Positions 8,247 through 17,615 of a stretch of DNA of 32,000 nucleotides are shown here, piece by piece. Both the position numbers and the translations under genes were made by a program. The notes beneath the pieces are model-generated. The model was not told where the DNA came from and ran no database searches. It was given only the letters and a program-made list of their open reading frames with translations. Every line of letters begins with the position of its first letter. Position 1 is the stretch's first letter. The stretch spans positions 1,080,001 to 1,112,000 of the forward strand of contig NZ_CP040006.1 of assembly GCF_005696695.1 (NCBI RefSeq), given 5' to 3'. This DNA comes from Schaalia odontolytica (GTDB lineage Bacteria; Actinomycetota; Actinomycetes; Actinomycetales; Actinomycetaceae).

Positions 8247-10991
8247 TCACTCCTCGCCAGCGTGGTCGTTGCCCTGGATCGCGTAGTTGAAGAGCTCGTA
8301 CTTGTCGATCGCCTGCTGGACGACCGACGGGTCAACCTGGCCCTTGTCGGCGAGGGCAGCCAGCGTGCGCACGACCATCGACTCGGCGTCGATGTGGTAC
8401 CAGCGGCGGGCGGCGCGACGGGTGTCGGAGAAGCCGAAGCCATCCGCGCCGAGCACGTGGTAGTCGCCGGGGATCCACTGACGGATCTGGTCAGGCAGCA
8501 TGCGGTCGAAGTCGGAGGAGGCCACGAACGGGCCCTCGCGACCCGCGAGCTTCGTCGACACGTAGGGCGTGCGGCGGGGCTCGGACGGGTGCAGGAAGTT
8601 GTGCTCCTCGGCATCCAGGCCGTCGCGGCGCAGCTCGTTCCACGAGGTCACGGACCATACGGCGGCATCCACGCCCCAGTCGCGGGCCAGCAGCTCGCGG
8701 GCCTCGCGCGCCCACGGCACGCCGACGCCGGAGGCAAGCAGCTGAGCCTTGGGGCCACCGAAGTTCTGGTGCTCATCGATGTTGTAGATGCCCTTGATGA
8801 TGCCCTCGACGTCGACGTTCTCCGGCTCCGCAGGCTGATGAATCGGCTCGTTGTAGACGGTGATGTAGTACATGACGTTCGGATCGCGGCCGTCCGCGTC
8901 GCCGTACATGCGCTCCAGGCCGTCCGCCATGATGTGGCGGATTTCGTACGCGTAGGCCGGGTCGTAGGACACGAACGCGTGGTTGGTGGCAGCCAGGACC
9001 TGCGAGTGGCCATCCATGTGCTGCAGACCCTCGCCTGCAAGCGTGGTGCGGCCCGCGGTGGCGCCGATGACAAAGCCCTTGGTCAGCTGGTCACCTGCTG
9101 CCCAGAACTGGTCGCCGGTGCGCTGGAAGCCGAACATCGAGTAGAAGATGTAGATCGGCACCATCGGCAGATCGTGCGTGGCGTACGCCGTGCCGACGAC
9201 CTGGAACGCGGCGGCCGAGCCGGCCTCGGTGATGCCCGTGTGCAGGATGCGGCCCTGCTCGGACTCACGGTAGGACAGCATCATGTCCGCGTCGACGGGC
9301 GTGTAGGACTGGCCGGTCGTGTTGAAGATCTTCGCCGAGGGGAAGATCGCGTCCAGACCGAAGGTGCGGGCCTCGTCGGGGATGATCGGCACGAAGTACT
9401 TGCCGACCTCCTTGTCCTTGAGCAGGTCCTTGATGAGGCGCACGAGGGCCATGGTCGTGGCGACCTCGAGCTTGCCGGAGCCCTTCGAGAGCGCCTCGAA
9501 GGGGCGGGTGGGCAGCTCGGGGAGCTTGGGCTGACGGTCGGCGCGGCGCTCGGGCACCCAACCGCCGAGGATCTCGCGGCGCTCCTTCATGTACTGCAGG
9601 GCCGGGTGATCGGCCGGCGGCATGTAGTACGGGGGCATGTAGGGATCGCGCTCGAGTTCCTCGTCCGTGATCGGGATCTGGAGGCGATCGCGCAGCTGCT
9701 TGGCGTCCTCGAGCGTCAGCTTCTTCATCTGGTGCGTCGAGTTACGGCCGGCGAAGTGCGTGCCCAGCGCGTAGCCCTTAATGGTGTGCGCGAGAACGAC
9801 GGTCGGCTGGCCGGTGTGGTCCATGGCGGCCTTGTAGGCAGCGTAGACCTTGCGGTAGTCGTGGCCGCCGCGCTTGAGCTCCCAGAGCTGCTCGTCGGTC
9901 CAGTTCTTGACCATTTCCTTGGTGCGCGGGTCGCGGCCGAAGAAGTGCTCACGCACGTAGGCGCCGTCGTTCGCGCGGAAGGTCTGGTAGTCGCCGTCCA
10001 GGGTCTCGTTCATGACGTGGACGAGGGCGTCGTCCTTGTCGGCGGCGAGCAGCTGGTCCCAGCCGCGGCCCCAGATAACCTTGATGACGTTCCAGCCGGC
10101 GCCCTTGAAGAACGCCTCGAGCTCCTGGATGATCTTGCCGTTACCACGCACTGGGCCGTCGAGACGCTGCAGGTTGCAGTTGATGACGAAGGTCAGGTTG
10201 TCCAGGCGCTGCTGGGCGGCGAGCTGGAGCATGCCGCGGGACTCGGGCTCGTCCATCTCACCGTCGCCGATGAAGGCCCACGTGTGCTGCTGCGACGTGT
10301 CCTTGATGCCGTTCATGTGCAGGTAGCGGTCGAACCAGGCCTGGTAGATGGCCTCGGCGGGACCCAGGCCGAGCGAGACCGTCGGGAACTCCCAGAAGTG
10401 ATCGAGCTGGCGCGGGTGCGGGTACGAGGGCAGGCCGTGCTCCGTGGAGACCTGCTGACGGAAGCCGTCCATCTCCTCTTCGGACAGACGCCCCTCGAGG
10501 AACGCGCGGGCGTAGGGGCCGGGGGAGGCGTGTCCCTGGAAGAACACGTGGTCGCCGCCGCCCGGGTGGTCCTTGCCGCGGAAGAAGTGGTTGAGGCCGA
10601 CCTCGTAGAGGGTGGCAACCGATGCGTAGGACGAGATGTGTCCGCCCACCTTGACGCCGGGGCGCTGGGCGCGCGTCACCTGGACTGCGGCGTTCCAGCG
10701 GATCCAGCGGCGGTATTCGCGCTCCATGGCTTCGTCGCCGGGGAAGTACGGCTCCTGGTCAACGGGGATGGTGTTGACGTAGGGGGTCGTGTATTCCTGG
10801 GGGAGCTGAACGCCGTTGCGGCGCGCTTCGTCCAGCATGTGCAGCAGGATGTAGCGTGCGCGGGGGCCGCCCTTTTCGTTGATGAGCCCGGACAGGGACT
10901 CAACCCATTCGGCGGTCTCCTGGGGGTCGTTGTCGGGAACCTGGGGAATCAGGCCGTTGACGACGGGGTGGGACTCGTGGAGTTGGCTCAC
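8247..10991 (-). CDS. aceE: Pyruvate dehydrogenase E1 component (homodimeric AceE type)
   Basis: About 914 aa, colinear with AceE ([34 protein letters not shown]-binding motif, YYITVYNEP). The ORF opens at 11084. I prefer the in-frame GTG at 10991 (VSQLHESHP...) because GAGAAGG lies about 8 nt upstream. Confidence 0.95.
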   Translation of the reverse strand: MSQLHESHPVVNGLIPQVPDNDPQETAEWVESLSGLINEKGGPRARYILLHMLDEARRNGVQLPQEYTTPYVNTIPVDQEPYFPGDEAMEREYRRWIRWNAAVQVTRAQRPGVKVGGHISSYASVATLYEVGLNHFFRGKDHPGGGDHVFFQGHASPGPYARAFLEGRLSEEEMDGFRQQVSTEHGLPSYPHPRQLDHFWEFPTVSLGLGPAEAIYQAWFDRYLHMNGIKDTSQQHTWAFIGDGEMDEPESRGMLQLAAQQRLDNLTFVINCNLQRLDGPVRGNGKIIQELEAFFKGAGWNVIKVIWGRGWDQLLAADKDDALVHVMNETLDGDYQTFRANDGAYVREHFFGRDPRTKEMVKNWTDEQLWELKRGGHDYRKVYAAYKAAMDHTGQPTVVLAHTIKGYALGTHFAGRNSTHQMKKLTLEDAKQLRDRLQIPITDEELERDPYMPPYYMPPADHPALQYMKERREILGGWVPERRADRQPKLPELPTRPFEALSKGSGKLEVATTMALVRLIKDLLKDKEVGKYFVPIIPDEARTFGLDAIFPSAKIFNTTGQSYTPVDADMMLSYRESEQGRILHTGITEAGSAAAFQVVGTAYATHDLPMVPIYIFYSMFGFQRTGDQFWAAGDQLTKGFVIGATAGRTTLAGEGLQHMDGHSQVLAATNHAFVSYDPAYAYEIRHIMADGLERMYGDADGRDPNVMYYITVYNEPIHQPAEPENVDVEGIIKGIYNIDEHQNFGGPKAQLLASGVGVPWAREARELLARDWGVDAAVWSVTSWNELRRDGLDAEEHNFLHPSEPRRTPYVSTKLAGREGPFVASSDFDRMLPDQIRQWIPGDYHVLGADGFGFSDTRRAARRWYHIDAESMVVRTLAALADKGQVDPSVVQQAIDKYELFNYAIQGNDHAGEE

Positions 10992-11311
10992 GGTGTACCT
11001 TCTCGCTTGACTCGGTGCTGCTTGCGCAGCGTGCGTGAGCGGTGTCCTCTGGCGACACCGCACATATCGGGACCATTGTCCCACTATTGGGGTGTCTTTG
11101 CGAGTGTTTGCCTTGCGTATCGACTATGAGGTGCGTATCACCGGACTGCGGGCGGCTAGCCTCGGGTAATTCCCCAGTTCAGACGGGGCAGTGCTCGTAG
11201 GGGTCTTTTATCGTGGTCCATCCCTTGCATTCGAGTAGCTCCAATGCCCTAGGATGAAGGCGTGAACGTTGATATGACACTGAGCGCCAGCTCGTTGATG
11301 GGCGGTGCTGC

Positions 11312-11716
11312 GTGATGGCAGTGAGCCTGGGTTTTGCGTCCGATGCGATCGTGCAGGAGTTCTACGTCGATGATGACGTCGATCAGCGCGTGCGCGATGC
11401 GATTGAAGGGGAGACGGGGCATCCGCTCGTTGACGTCGATTACGCGGACGTCGTGGACGGCGCGATCGTCTGGTGGCGCGCGGACGACGCCGAGGAAGAG
11501 GACCTCGCGGACGTGCTCGTGGACGCGATGTCGAACCTGGACGATGGTGGGCTTATTTGGGTGCTGATTCCCAAGCCGGGCCGCCCCAACTCCGTGCGCG
11601 TGGGCGACGTGGAGGAGGCTGCGGAGATCGCGGGCCTGCACGCGACGACGTCGACTGCGCTGGGGGATAACTGGGCGGGCGTGCGCCTGACCGCGCGTCC
11701 CCGGTCGCGCCGCTAG
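11312..11716 (+). CDS. DUF3052 domain-containing protein
   Basis: 'VQEFYVDDDVDQRVRDAIE...VWWRADD..DLADVLVDAMSNLDDGGLIWVLIPKPGRP' matches the DUF3052 family, which is conserved next to aceE in actinobacteria (Rv2239c-like). Start is GTG 11312 or ATG 11315. An in-frame stop at 11270 prevents a longer N-terminus. Confidence 0.8.
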   Translation: MMAVSLGFASDAIVQEFYVDDDVDQRVRDAIEGETGHPLVDVDYADVVDGAIVWWRADDAEEEDLADVLVDAMSNLDDGGLIWVLIPKPGRPNSVRVGDVEEAAEIAGLHATTSTALGDNWAGVRLTARPRSRR

Positions 11717-11777
11717 TTTCATTCACGAGGCCTGGGCGGGCCAGCGCTGTTCTGTGCTGTGACGCTCAGCCTCGGAT

Positions 11778-11806
11778 GTGACCGTGCGTGCCAGTTCTGG
11801 TAGATT
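11778..11806 (+). promoter_or_regulatory. Candidate promoter of tRNA-Val (-35 GTGACC, 17-nt spacer, -10 TAGATT)
   Basis: TAGATT (11801-11806) lies 12 nt upstream of the mature tRNA 5' end. GTGACC lies at 11778-11783. Motif match only. Confidence 0.3.
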
Positions 11807-11818
11807 GGCGCGTGCGTG

Positions 11819-11892
11819 GGGCCTTTAGCTCAGTTGGCTAGAGCGTCTGGTTTACACCCAGAAGGTCATCGGTTCGAGCCCGGTAGGGCCCA
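11819..11892 (+). tRNA. tRNA-Val (anticodon TAC)
   Basis: A manual cloverleaf fold works. Acceptor GGGCCTT/AGGGCCC. D-arm GCTC-AGTTGGCTA-GAGC. Anticodon arm TCTGG-TTTACAC-CCAGA. Variable loop AGGTC. T-arm ATCGG-TTCGAGC-CCGGT. Discriminator A. CCA is not encoded. Confidence 0.92.
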
Positions 11893-11900
11893 CAAACGGT

Positions 11901-11930
11901 AGGGGCCGGAAGCAAAAGCTTCCGGCCCCT
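11901..11930. terminator. Bidirectional stem-loop between tRNA-Val (+) and ndh (-)
   Basis: AGGGGCCGGAAGC (11901-11913), AAAA loop, GCTTCCGGCCCCT (11918-11930). This is a perfect 13-bp stem. CAGCGTTTGTTTGG follows on the + strand. Confidence 0.75.
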
Positions 11931-11964
11931 CAGCGTTTGTTTGGAGCAGTGCGTGCGACGCGCG

Positions 11965-13332
11965 TCAGTCCTCCTGAGCGCGCTCCTCGGCGACGTCTTC
12001 ACCGACGACAAGCTTGCCGGATGCGCCAGCGCCGAGCTGCTCCAGGGCCAGGCGGCCCACCAGCTGCTGGTTCGTGGTCGTGCGCTGGGGGCGTGCGCCG
12101 GACAGGAAGCTGAAGAACCAGCTGACCAGTGTGCCCACCTGGGACTTGAAGCCGACGATGTAGAGCAGGTGCAGGAAGCACCAGGCCACCCAGGCGACGA
12201 AGCCGGTCAGCTTCTTGTTGCCCATCTTCACGACGGCCTGGAAACGAGAGATGGTCGCCATCGAGCCCTTGTCGTTGTAGACGAACTCGGTGGTCTTGGG
12301 GGCGCGGCCCGCTAGGCGAGCGGCGATCGTGTCGGCGGCGAAGCGCGCGGACTGGATCGCGCCCTGTGCGACGCCGGGGACGCCCGGGAAGGCCATCATG
12401 TCGCCGAGCACGAAGATCTCGGGGTGGCCCGGCAGTGTGAGGTCCTTGTTGACGGTGACGCGCCCCGCACGGTCCACCTCGGCACCCGTCGCCTCACCCA
12501 GCGCGCGGCCCAGCGGGCTCGCCGCGACGCCAGCGGCCCACACCTTGCACACGGACTCGATCCGCTCTTCCTCGCCCGACTTGTACTTGAGGGTGACTCC
12601 CTCGGAGTCCACGCCGGTGACGAAGGCGTTCATCTTCATCTCGACGCCAAGCTTGGCCAGGGCCTCTTCGGTCTTGAGGCCGAGCTCCTCGCCGAACGGG
12701 GGGAGGGGGTGCTCTGCGCCGTCCACCAGGATGACGCGCGCCTTGGTCGGGTCGATGTTGCGGAACTCGCCCTTGAGCGTGTGCGAGGCGAGCTCGCGGA
12801 TCTGTCCGGCCATCTCCACGCCGGTCGGTCCGGCGCCCACGACGACGAAGGTCAGGAGCTTGTCGACCGCAGTCGGGTCGGTCTCGATCTCGGCCAGCTC
12901 GAAGGCGCCGAAAATACGCGCGCGCAGCTCGAGGGCGTCGTCGATGGTCTTCATGCCGGGGGCGAACACCGCGAAGTGGTCGTTGCCGAAGTAGGACTGG
13001 CCCGCACCCGCCGCGACGATCAGCGTGTCGTATTCGGTGCGCTCGTGCTTGTTGTGGTTGCGCCACTTGACAGTGCGAGTCTTGACGTCGATTTCCTCGA
13101 CGAGGGCCTGCAGGACGGTCACGTTCTTCTGGCCGCGCAGGATCTCGCGCGTGGTCGGGGCGATGTCGCCCTCGGAGAGAATGCCCGTGGCCACCTGGTA
13201 CAGCAGAGGCTGGAAGAGATGATGCGAAGTACGGGCCAGGATGGTGATGTCGGCGTCGGCGTTCTTCAGTCGACGAGCTGCTGTCAGGCCTGCGAAGCCG
13301 GAACCGATGATGACAATGCGGTGGCGGGACAT
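11965..13332 (-). CDS. ndh: Type II NADH:quinone oxidoreductase (NDH-2)
   Basis: MSRHRIVIIGSGFAGLTAARRL (first GxGxxG), HHLFQPLLYQVATG and VVVGAGPTGVEMAGQ (second dinucleotide fold) are all present. The ATG at 13332 is preceded by AAGGAGAG. The ORF opens at 13347. Confidence 0.9.
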   Translation of the reverse strand: MSRHRIVIIGSGFAGLTAARRLKNADADITILARTSHHLFQPLLYQVATGILSEGDIAPTTREILRGQKNVTVLQALVEEIDVKTRTVKWRNHNKHERTEYDTLIVAAGAGQSYFGNDHFAVFAPGMKTIDDALELRARIFGAFELAEIETDPTAVDKLLTFVVVGAGPTGVEMAGQIRELASHTLKGEFRNIDPTKARVILVDGAEHPLPPFGEELGLKTEEALAKLGVEMKMNAFVTGVDSEGVTLKYKSGEEERIESVCKVWAAGVAASPLGRALGEATGAEVDRAGRVTVNKDLTLPGHPEIFVLGDMMAFPGVPGVAQGAIQSARFAADTIAARLAGRAPKTTEFVYNDKGSMATISRFQAVVKMGNKKLTGFVAWVAWCFLHLLYIVGFKSQVGTLVSWFFSFLSGARPQRTTTNQQLVGRLALEQLGAGASGKLVVGEDVAEERAQED

Positions 13333-13420
13333 AAGACTCTCCTTCAATTAAGCAAGGCTAATCTTACCTAAATATGGTGCTTGCACTTTGTGAGGTCTGG
13401 CGCACTAGGGCCCAATGTCC

Positions 13421-14905
13421 TCACGCGTCGAAGAGGCGTGCTGCCGCGACCGGATCCGGCTTGCCCGTCGTCGTGGTCGGCAGCGCGTCGACGACCAGGG
13501 CTCGACGCACCTTCTCCCACGGAGCGAGGGAATCTCGCAGGGCATTGGACAGTGAATCAGCACTTATGGACGAGGCCTGGGCCCGGCCCTGCACAGAAGG
13601 CACGATAAGCGCCGCGACGATCTGCCCCCAGCGCCCATCCGGCAGTCCCACGACGAGCGCATCCGACACCTCGTCGAGGGAGCGCAGGGCGCGTTCGACC
13701 GTCGGGGGAGCGACGAGCTCTCCGGCCGTGTTGATCATGCGGTGGGCGCGTCCCACCATGTGCAGCCAGCCGTCCGTGTCTCGCGTCGCCAGGTCGCCGG
13801 TGCGCAGCCACTCCTCGCCGCTCACGACACCCGGACCGCGCACCCAGATCTCGCCCATCTCATCGACGGCTGCTTCGCGCTCGTCGGTGGCCATGACGCG
13901 CAGGTCCACGTAGGGGAAAGGAACCCCCAGCGATCCGGCTGGCGCCAAGGAATCAGGAGTCGCGACCGTGCCCGCACCGGAGGTCTCGGTCATGCCCCAC
14001 ACGTGAATGGGGGACAGGCCGACCGCTCGCATTGCATCCGCGAGGTCCGCCGTCATCGCGTCGCCGCCGATGAGGGGACGGATCCACGACGACAGGTCGC
14101 CGCCGGCGCGCTCATGCTCGTCGAGGATTGCACGGACGATCGCGGGTACGGCGAACATCATCGTGATCCCGTAGCGCTCGATCGCGTCGATGACGCCGCG
14201 CGCGTCGAAGGAGCCCGGAAAACCGAGCGTCACGAGGGTTCCGCCGTGAGTCCACACGTCCATCGAAGTGCCGTTGAAGCCTCCTATGTGGCTCGCGGGC
14301 GCGCACACACCCACGACGGACGACGTCGGCGCGTAATCGAAGCCCTCGCGGAAATTCGTCGATCCCCACCACATGACCTCGTGCGTGAGTTCGACGGGGC
14401 GAGGATTTCCTGTGGACCCAGAGGTAAACAAGATGGCGGCGAGCTCGGTTCCGCAGCGCGCGGGAGCCGTTTCGATGGGAGCCGTGCGATCCACCCACGC
14501 CGCCAGATCCGTGAACGACGCGACCTGTGCGCCCGCGTCGGTCAGTGCGGGAGAATGGGGCGCGCAGGCCTCGTCGAGAAACACCCACGAGACGCCCACC
14601 TGCTCGCACATCGAGGCGAGCGCAGCCGAGGGCATACGCGGGGACAGTGGAACCGTCACCGCGCGTAGCCACGAGGCCGCCACGTGGACGACGTAGTGCC
14701 ACGGAGAGTTCGCCCCGATGACCGCGATGCGCGTTCCCTCTCCGATACCAGCAGCGTCGAAAGCAGCGGCGAGGCGAGCGACGGTGTCTGCCGCCTCGCG
14801 CACGCTCCACTCCTCGCCGGTCGCCGCGTCCACCAGGGACAGCCGGTTCGGAAGGCGGCGCGCCGCCGCGAGGAGCGCTCGCGCGGGCGAATAATCGGGG
14901 ATCAC
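13421..14905 (-). CDS. AMP-dependent synthetase/ligase (ANL superfamily adenylating enzyme), substrate unknown
   Basis: ANL core motifs are present: [14 protein letters not shown] (A3), WGMTETSG (A5), LRTGDLA (A7), [10 protein letters not shown] (A10 Lys). The GTG start overlaps the lipA stop (GTGA at 14902-14905). Confidence 0.85.
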   Translation of the reverse strand: MIPDYSPARALLAAARRLPNRLSLVDAATGEEWSVREAADTVARLAAAFDAAGIGEGTRIAVIGANSPWHYVVHVAASWLRAVTVPLSPRMPSAALASMCEQVGVSWVFLDEACAPHSPALTDAGAQVASFTDLAAWVDRTAPIETAPARCGTELAAILFTSGSTGNPRPVELTHEVMWWGSTNFREGFDYAPTSSVVGVCAPASHIGGFNGTSMDVWTHGGTLVTLGFPGSFDARGVIDAIERYGITMMFAVPAIVRAILDEHERAGGDLSSWIRPLIGGDAMTADLADAMRAVGLSPIHVWGMTETSGAGTVATPDSLAPAGSLGVPFPYVDLRVMATDEREAAVDEMGEIWVRGPGVVSGEEWLRTGDLATRDTDGWLHMVGRAHRMINTAGELVAPPTVERALRSLDEVSDALVVGLPDGRWGQIVAALIVPSVQGRAQASSISADSLSNALRDSLAPWEKVRRALVVDALPTTTTGKPDPVAAARLFDA

Positions 14906-15966
14906 GAGGCCGAGGCGGCCTTCGCGGCCATCGCCGCGTGACGCTCCGAGCGCTCCTTCAAGCGCGCCAGGACGGAGCCGGCCTCCTGCAGCGTCGACCC
15001 GGAGTTTTCGATGTGGCGCAGCTGCTCGGGGATCTCAAAGCCGCGGGCGCGCATGCCCTTAGCCCACAGCAGACCCGCGCGGTACGAAGAACGCACGAGA
15101 GGGCCTGCCATGACGCCGGCGAAGCCCAGCTCCTCGGCCTCGGCTGCGAGCTCGACGAACTCCTCGGGGTGGACCCAGCGGTCGATCGGGTGGTGCAGGG
15201 GAGAGGGACGCAGGTACTGCGTGAGGGTCAGCAGGTCGCAGCCCGACGCGTGCAAGTCGCGCATGGCGGCGCTGATCTCCTCGCGCGTCTCGCCCATGCC
15301 CAGGATGAGGTTCGACTTGGTGACCATGCCGCCGTCGTGGGCGCGCTTGATCATCGCGAGGGAGCGATCGTAGTTGAAGGCGGGGCGGATCTTCTTGAAG
15401 ATGCGTGGCACCGTCTCGAGGTTGTGCGCGAAGACCTGCGGGCCTGCCTCGATGACCATGTCGATCGACTCGGCCTGACCGCGGAAGTCGTCCACGAGGA
15501 GCTCCACGCCAGTGCCCGGATTGAGCTCGTGGATGAGGCGGCAGGTTTCGGCGTAGAGCCACGCTGCGCCGTCGGGCAGATCGTCTCGGGTCACGCCCGT
15601 GATCGTCACGTAGCGCAGGTCAAGGTCTCGCACGGACTCAGCGATACGACGCGGCTCGTCCTTGTCGTACTCAGTGGGACGGCCCGTCGCGATATCGCAG
15701 AAGTCGCAGCGGCGCGTGCACAGTGCACCGCCGAGCAGGAAGGTCGCCTCGCGGTCCTGCCAGCACTCGTAGATGTTGGGGCACCCGGCCTCGGCACACA
15801 CCGTGTGCAGGCCCTTCGCGTGCGAGAGTGAGCGCATGTCCTGATAGTTCTCGCCAGCCTTGGCGGTCGTGCGAATCCACTCGGGCTTCTTCTCGATCGG
15901 AGTTTGCGAGTTACGCACCTCGATGCGCAGGAGCTTGCGTCCTTCGGGATCGGGCAGGGTGCTCAT
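14902..15966 (-). CDS. lipA: Lipoyl synthase (radical SAM)
   Basis: [45 protein letters not shown] (auxiliary cluster) and [10 protein letters not shown] (radical-SAM CxxxCxxC) are present. The ATG at 15966 overlaps the lipB TGA (ATGA). The 506-aa track ORF is an artefactual N-terminal extension. Confidence 0.95.
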   Translation of the reverse strand: MSTLPDPEGRKLLRIEVRNSQTPIEKKPEWIRTTAKAGENYQDMRSLSHAKGLHTVCAEAGCPNIYECWQDREATFLLGGALCTRRCDFCDIATGRPTEYDKDEPRRIAESVRDLDLRYVTITGVTRDDLPDGAAWLYAETCRLIHELNPGTGVELLVDDFRGQAESIDMVIEAGPQVFAHNLETVPRIFKKIRPAFNYDRSLAMIKRAHDGGMVTKSNLILGMGETREEISAAMRDLHASGCDLLTLTQYLRPSPLHHPIDRWVHPEEFVELAAEAEELGFAGVMAGPLVRSSYRAGLLWAKGMRARGFEIPEQLRHIENSGSTLQEAGSVLARLKERSERHAAMAAKAASAS

Positions 15967-16640
15967 AGCGTTGACCTCGTCGTGTAGGAAACGGAAGTGG
16001 GAGTGGTCGCCAGGCACGGGGAGATGTGCTCCACCATGCGCGGGAGAAGTTCGGATGCGGCGTCGGAGACGGTTGTGTGGATGCCTTCCCACGACAGGGA
16101 GGTCACGTCGGCGTCTGTGAGGCCGCAGGGGATGATGCCCTCGAAAGCGTGGGCCGGGTCGATATCGACGTTCAGGGCGATGCCGTGCAGGGTCGCTCCG
16201 CGCGCGACCTTCAGGCCGATCGCGCAGATCTTGCGATCGCGGCACCCCTCTTCGGTGAGCCACACGCCCGCGCGGCCCTCGACGCGGTGGACGGGCAGAT
16301 CCCAGACCTCCCGTACGGTGTCGATCACTGAGGCCTCGACAGCGCGGATCCACTGCACGAGGTCGACGGGCTCGCGCAGGCGAACGACGGGGTAGACGAC
16401 GACTTGTCCGGGGCCGTGCCACGTCGCGGAACCAGCGCGGTCGGTGCGAATCACGGGAACAGTCGTGGAAGGAATGTCCTCAGGCTTTGTGTGGCGGCCC
16501 GCCGTCCACGTAGGCGTAAATTGAGAAACGATGAGAGTGTCCTCGCCACCGGCGAGGACCTCCTCATGCAGGGAGCGCTGAAGCGCGTCAACCTGCGTGT
16601 AATCGACCAACCCCTGGTCGAGTAGGCTCAAAATCTGCAC
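15963..16640 (-). CDS. lipB: Lipoyl(octanoyl) transferase
   Basis: The C-terminal 225 aa of the 541-aa track ORF align with LipB ([48 protein letters not shown]). The GTG at 16640 is the first plausible start. The upstream part of the ORF is antisense to nif3. Confidence 0.88.
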   Translation of the reverse strand: MQILSLLDQGLVDYTQVDALQRSLHEEVLAGGEDTLIVSQFTPTWTAGRHTKPEDIPSTTVPVIRTDRAGSATWHGPGQVVVYPVVRLREPVDLVQWIRAVEASVIDTVREVWDLPVHRVEGRAGVWLTEEGCRDRKICAIGLKVARGATLHGIALNVDIDPAHAFEGIIPCGLTDADVTSLSWEGIHTTVSDAASELLPRMVEHISPCLATTPTSVSYTTRSTL

Positions 16641-16646
16641 GTTGTG

Positions 16647-16652
16647 ATCATA
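16647..16652 (-). promoter_or_regulatory. Candidate -10 hexamer TATGAT, exactly 6 nt upstream of the lipB GTG (leaderless-type promoter)
   Basis: The minus strand reads CTATGATCACAACGTG, with no SD between the hexamer and the start. Confidence 0.4.
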
Positions 16653-16688
16653 GTCGCGGGCAGGGTCCCTTGCTAGATGGGGGTCCGG

Positions 16689-16694
16689 TATGCT
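16689..16694 (+). promoter_or_regulatory. Candidate -10 hexamer TATGCT, exactly 6 nt upstream of the nif3 ATG (leaderless-type promoter)
   Basis: The plus strand reads GGTATGCTTGACGCATG, with no SD. Confidence 0.35.
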
Positions 16695-16700
16695 TGACGC

Positions 16701-17615
16701 ATGCAGTCTTCGTCTCACCTCAACGGCCCGACGACCGCGGTCGATACGTCCACTTCGAATTGGACTGTCGGTGACGTCATGGCACTCATGGAGTCCTGGT
16801 ATCCGGCGGCTACGGCGCAGTCCTGGGATCGGGTTGGTCTCATTGTCGGCGACCCTGCCGCGCCCGTGCGTTCGATCCTTCTCGCGCTTGATCCTACGGC
16901 GGCCATCGCGGACCAGGCCGTCGCCGGTCCCTCCGGTGATGAGCAGTCTTTCGACATGGTGATCACCCACCATCCGCTGCTCCTGCGCGGCGCGTCCTTC
17001 CTGCCCGTGACGGACCCGAAGGGCGGCGTCGTCACGACCCTGATCCGCTCCGGTATCGCACTGTTCAACGCTCACACCAACGCTGACGTGGCCTGCGACG
17101 GCGTCGCGACGGCGCTCGCCGATCTGATCGGCCTGCGCGATACCGTGCCGCTGGAGCCGTGTGGCACCGATGCCGAGGGACACGAGATCGGCCTGGGGCG
17201 CGTCGGCACCGTCACCGAGACCACGCTCGGTGCCTTCGCAGACCATGTGGCATCCGTCTTGCCTGCGGGACCCACGGGTCTGTTTGTTGGCGGCGACGAG
17301 AACGCCACGGTCCGGCGTGTAGCCGTTCTGGGCGGTGCGGGGGATAGCGCGCTCGAGGCGGCGCGCGCCGCTGGAGTTGACGTGTACCTCACGGCAGACC
17401 TGCGCCATCACCCCGCCTCCGAGCACCTCGAGGGCGGCGCTCCCGCGTTGCTGTGCGGATCCCACTGGGCGACGGAGTCCCCGTGGCTCCCCGTCCTCGC
17501 GCGCAAGATTCGCGAGGCCGCCCGCGCCGCCGATGTGGAACTTCGCGTCGAAGTCTCTACGATTGTCACCGAGCCATGGACCAGCCACCGAGTCACCCAG
17601 GGAGAACTAGCGTGA
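16701..17615 (+). CDS. Nif3-like dinuclear metal centre protein (GTP cyclohydrolase 1 type 2 homologue, YbgI/NIF3 family)
   Basis: 'AQSWDRVGLIVGD', 'LLALDPT', 'VITHHPLLLRG', 'FNAHTNADV' and 'YLTADLRHH' are the Nif3 family hallmarks. Confidence 0.9.
   Translation: MQSSSHLNGPTTAVDTSTSNWTVGDVMALMESWYPAATAQSWDRVGLIVGDPAAPVRSILLALDPTAAIADQAVAGPSGDEQSFDMVITHHPLLLRGASFLPVTDPKGGVVTTLIRSGIALFNAHTNADVACDGVATALADLIGLRDTVPLEPCGTDAEGHEIGLGRVGTVTETTLGAFADHVASVLPAGPTGLFVGGDENATVRRVAVLGGAGDSALEAARAAGVDVYLTADLRHHPASEHLEGGAPALLCGSHWATESPWLPVLARKIREAARAADVELRVEVSTIVTEPWTSHRVTQGELA

Noticed and set aside
11819-11965. tRNA-Val as a possible integration hotspot (attB) with a downstream island.
   Set aside because: The tRNA is followed immediately by a terminator and the housekeeping ndh gene. 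There is no integrase, and I noticed no second copy of the tRNA 3' end elsewhere in the window.
15967-17588. N-terminal extensions of the track ORFs 14902-16422 (506 aa) and 15963-17588 (541 aa), suggesting much larger LipA and LipB proteins.
   Set aside because: Homology to LipA begins at MSTLPDPEG (ATG 15966) and to LipB at [10 protein letters not shown] (GTG 16640). The upstream parts overlap lipB in another frame or run antisense to nif3, and they are Arg/Pro/Gly-rich nonsense.
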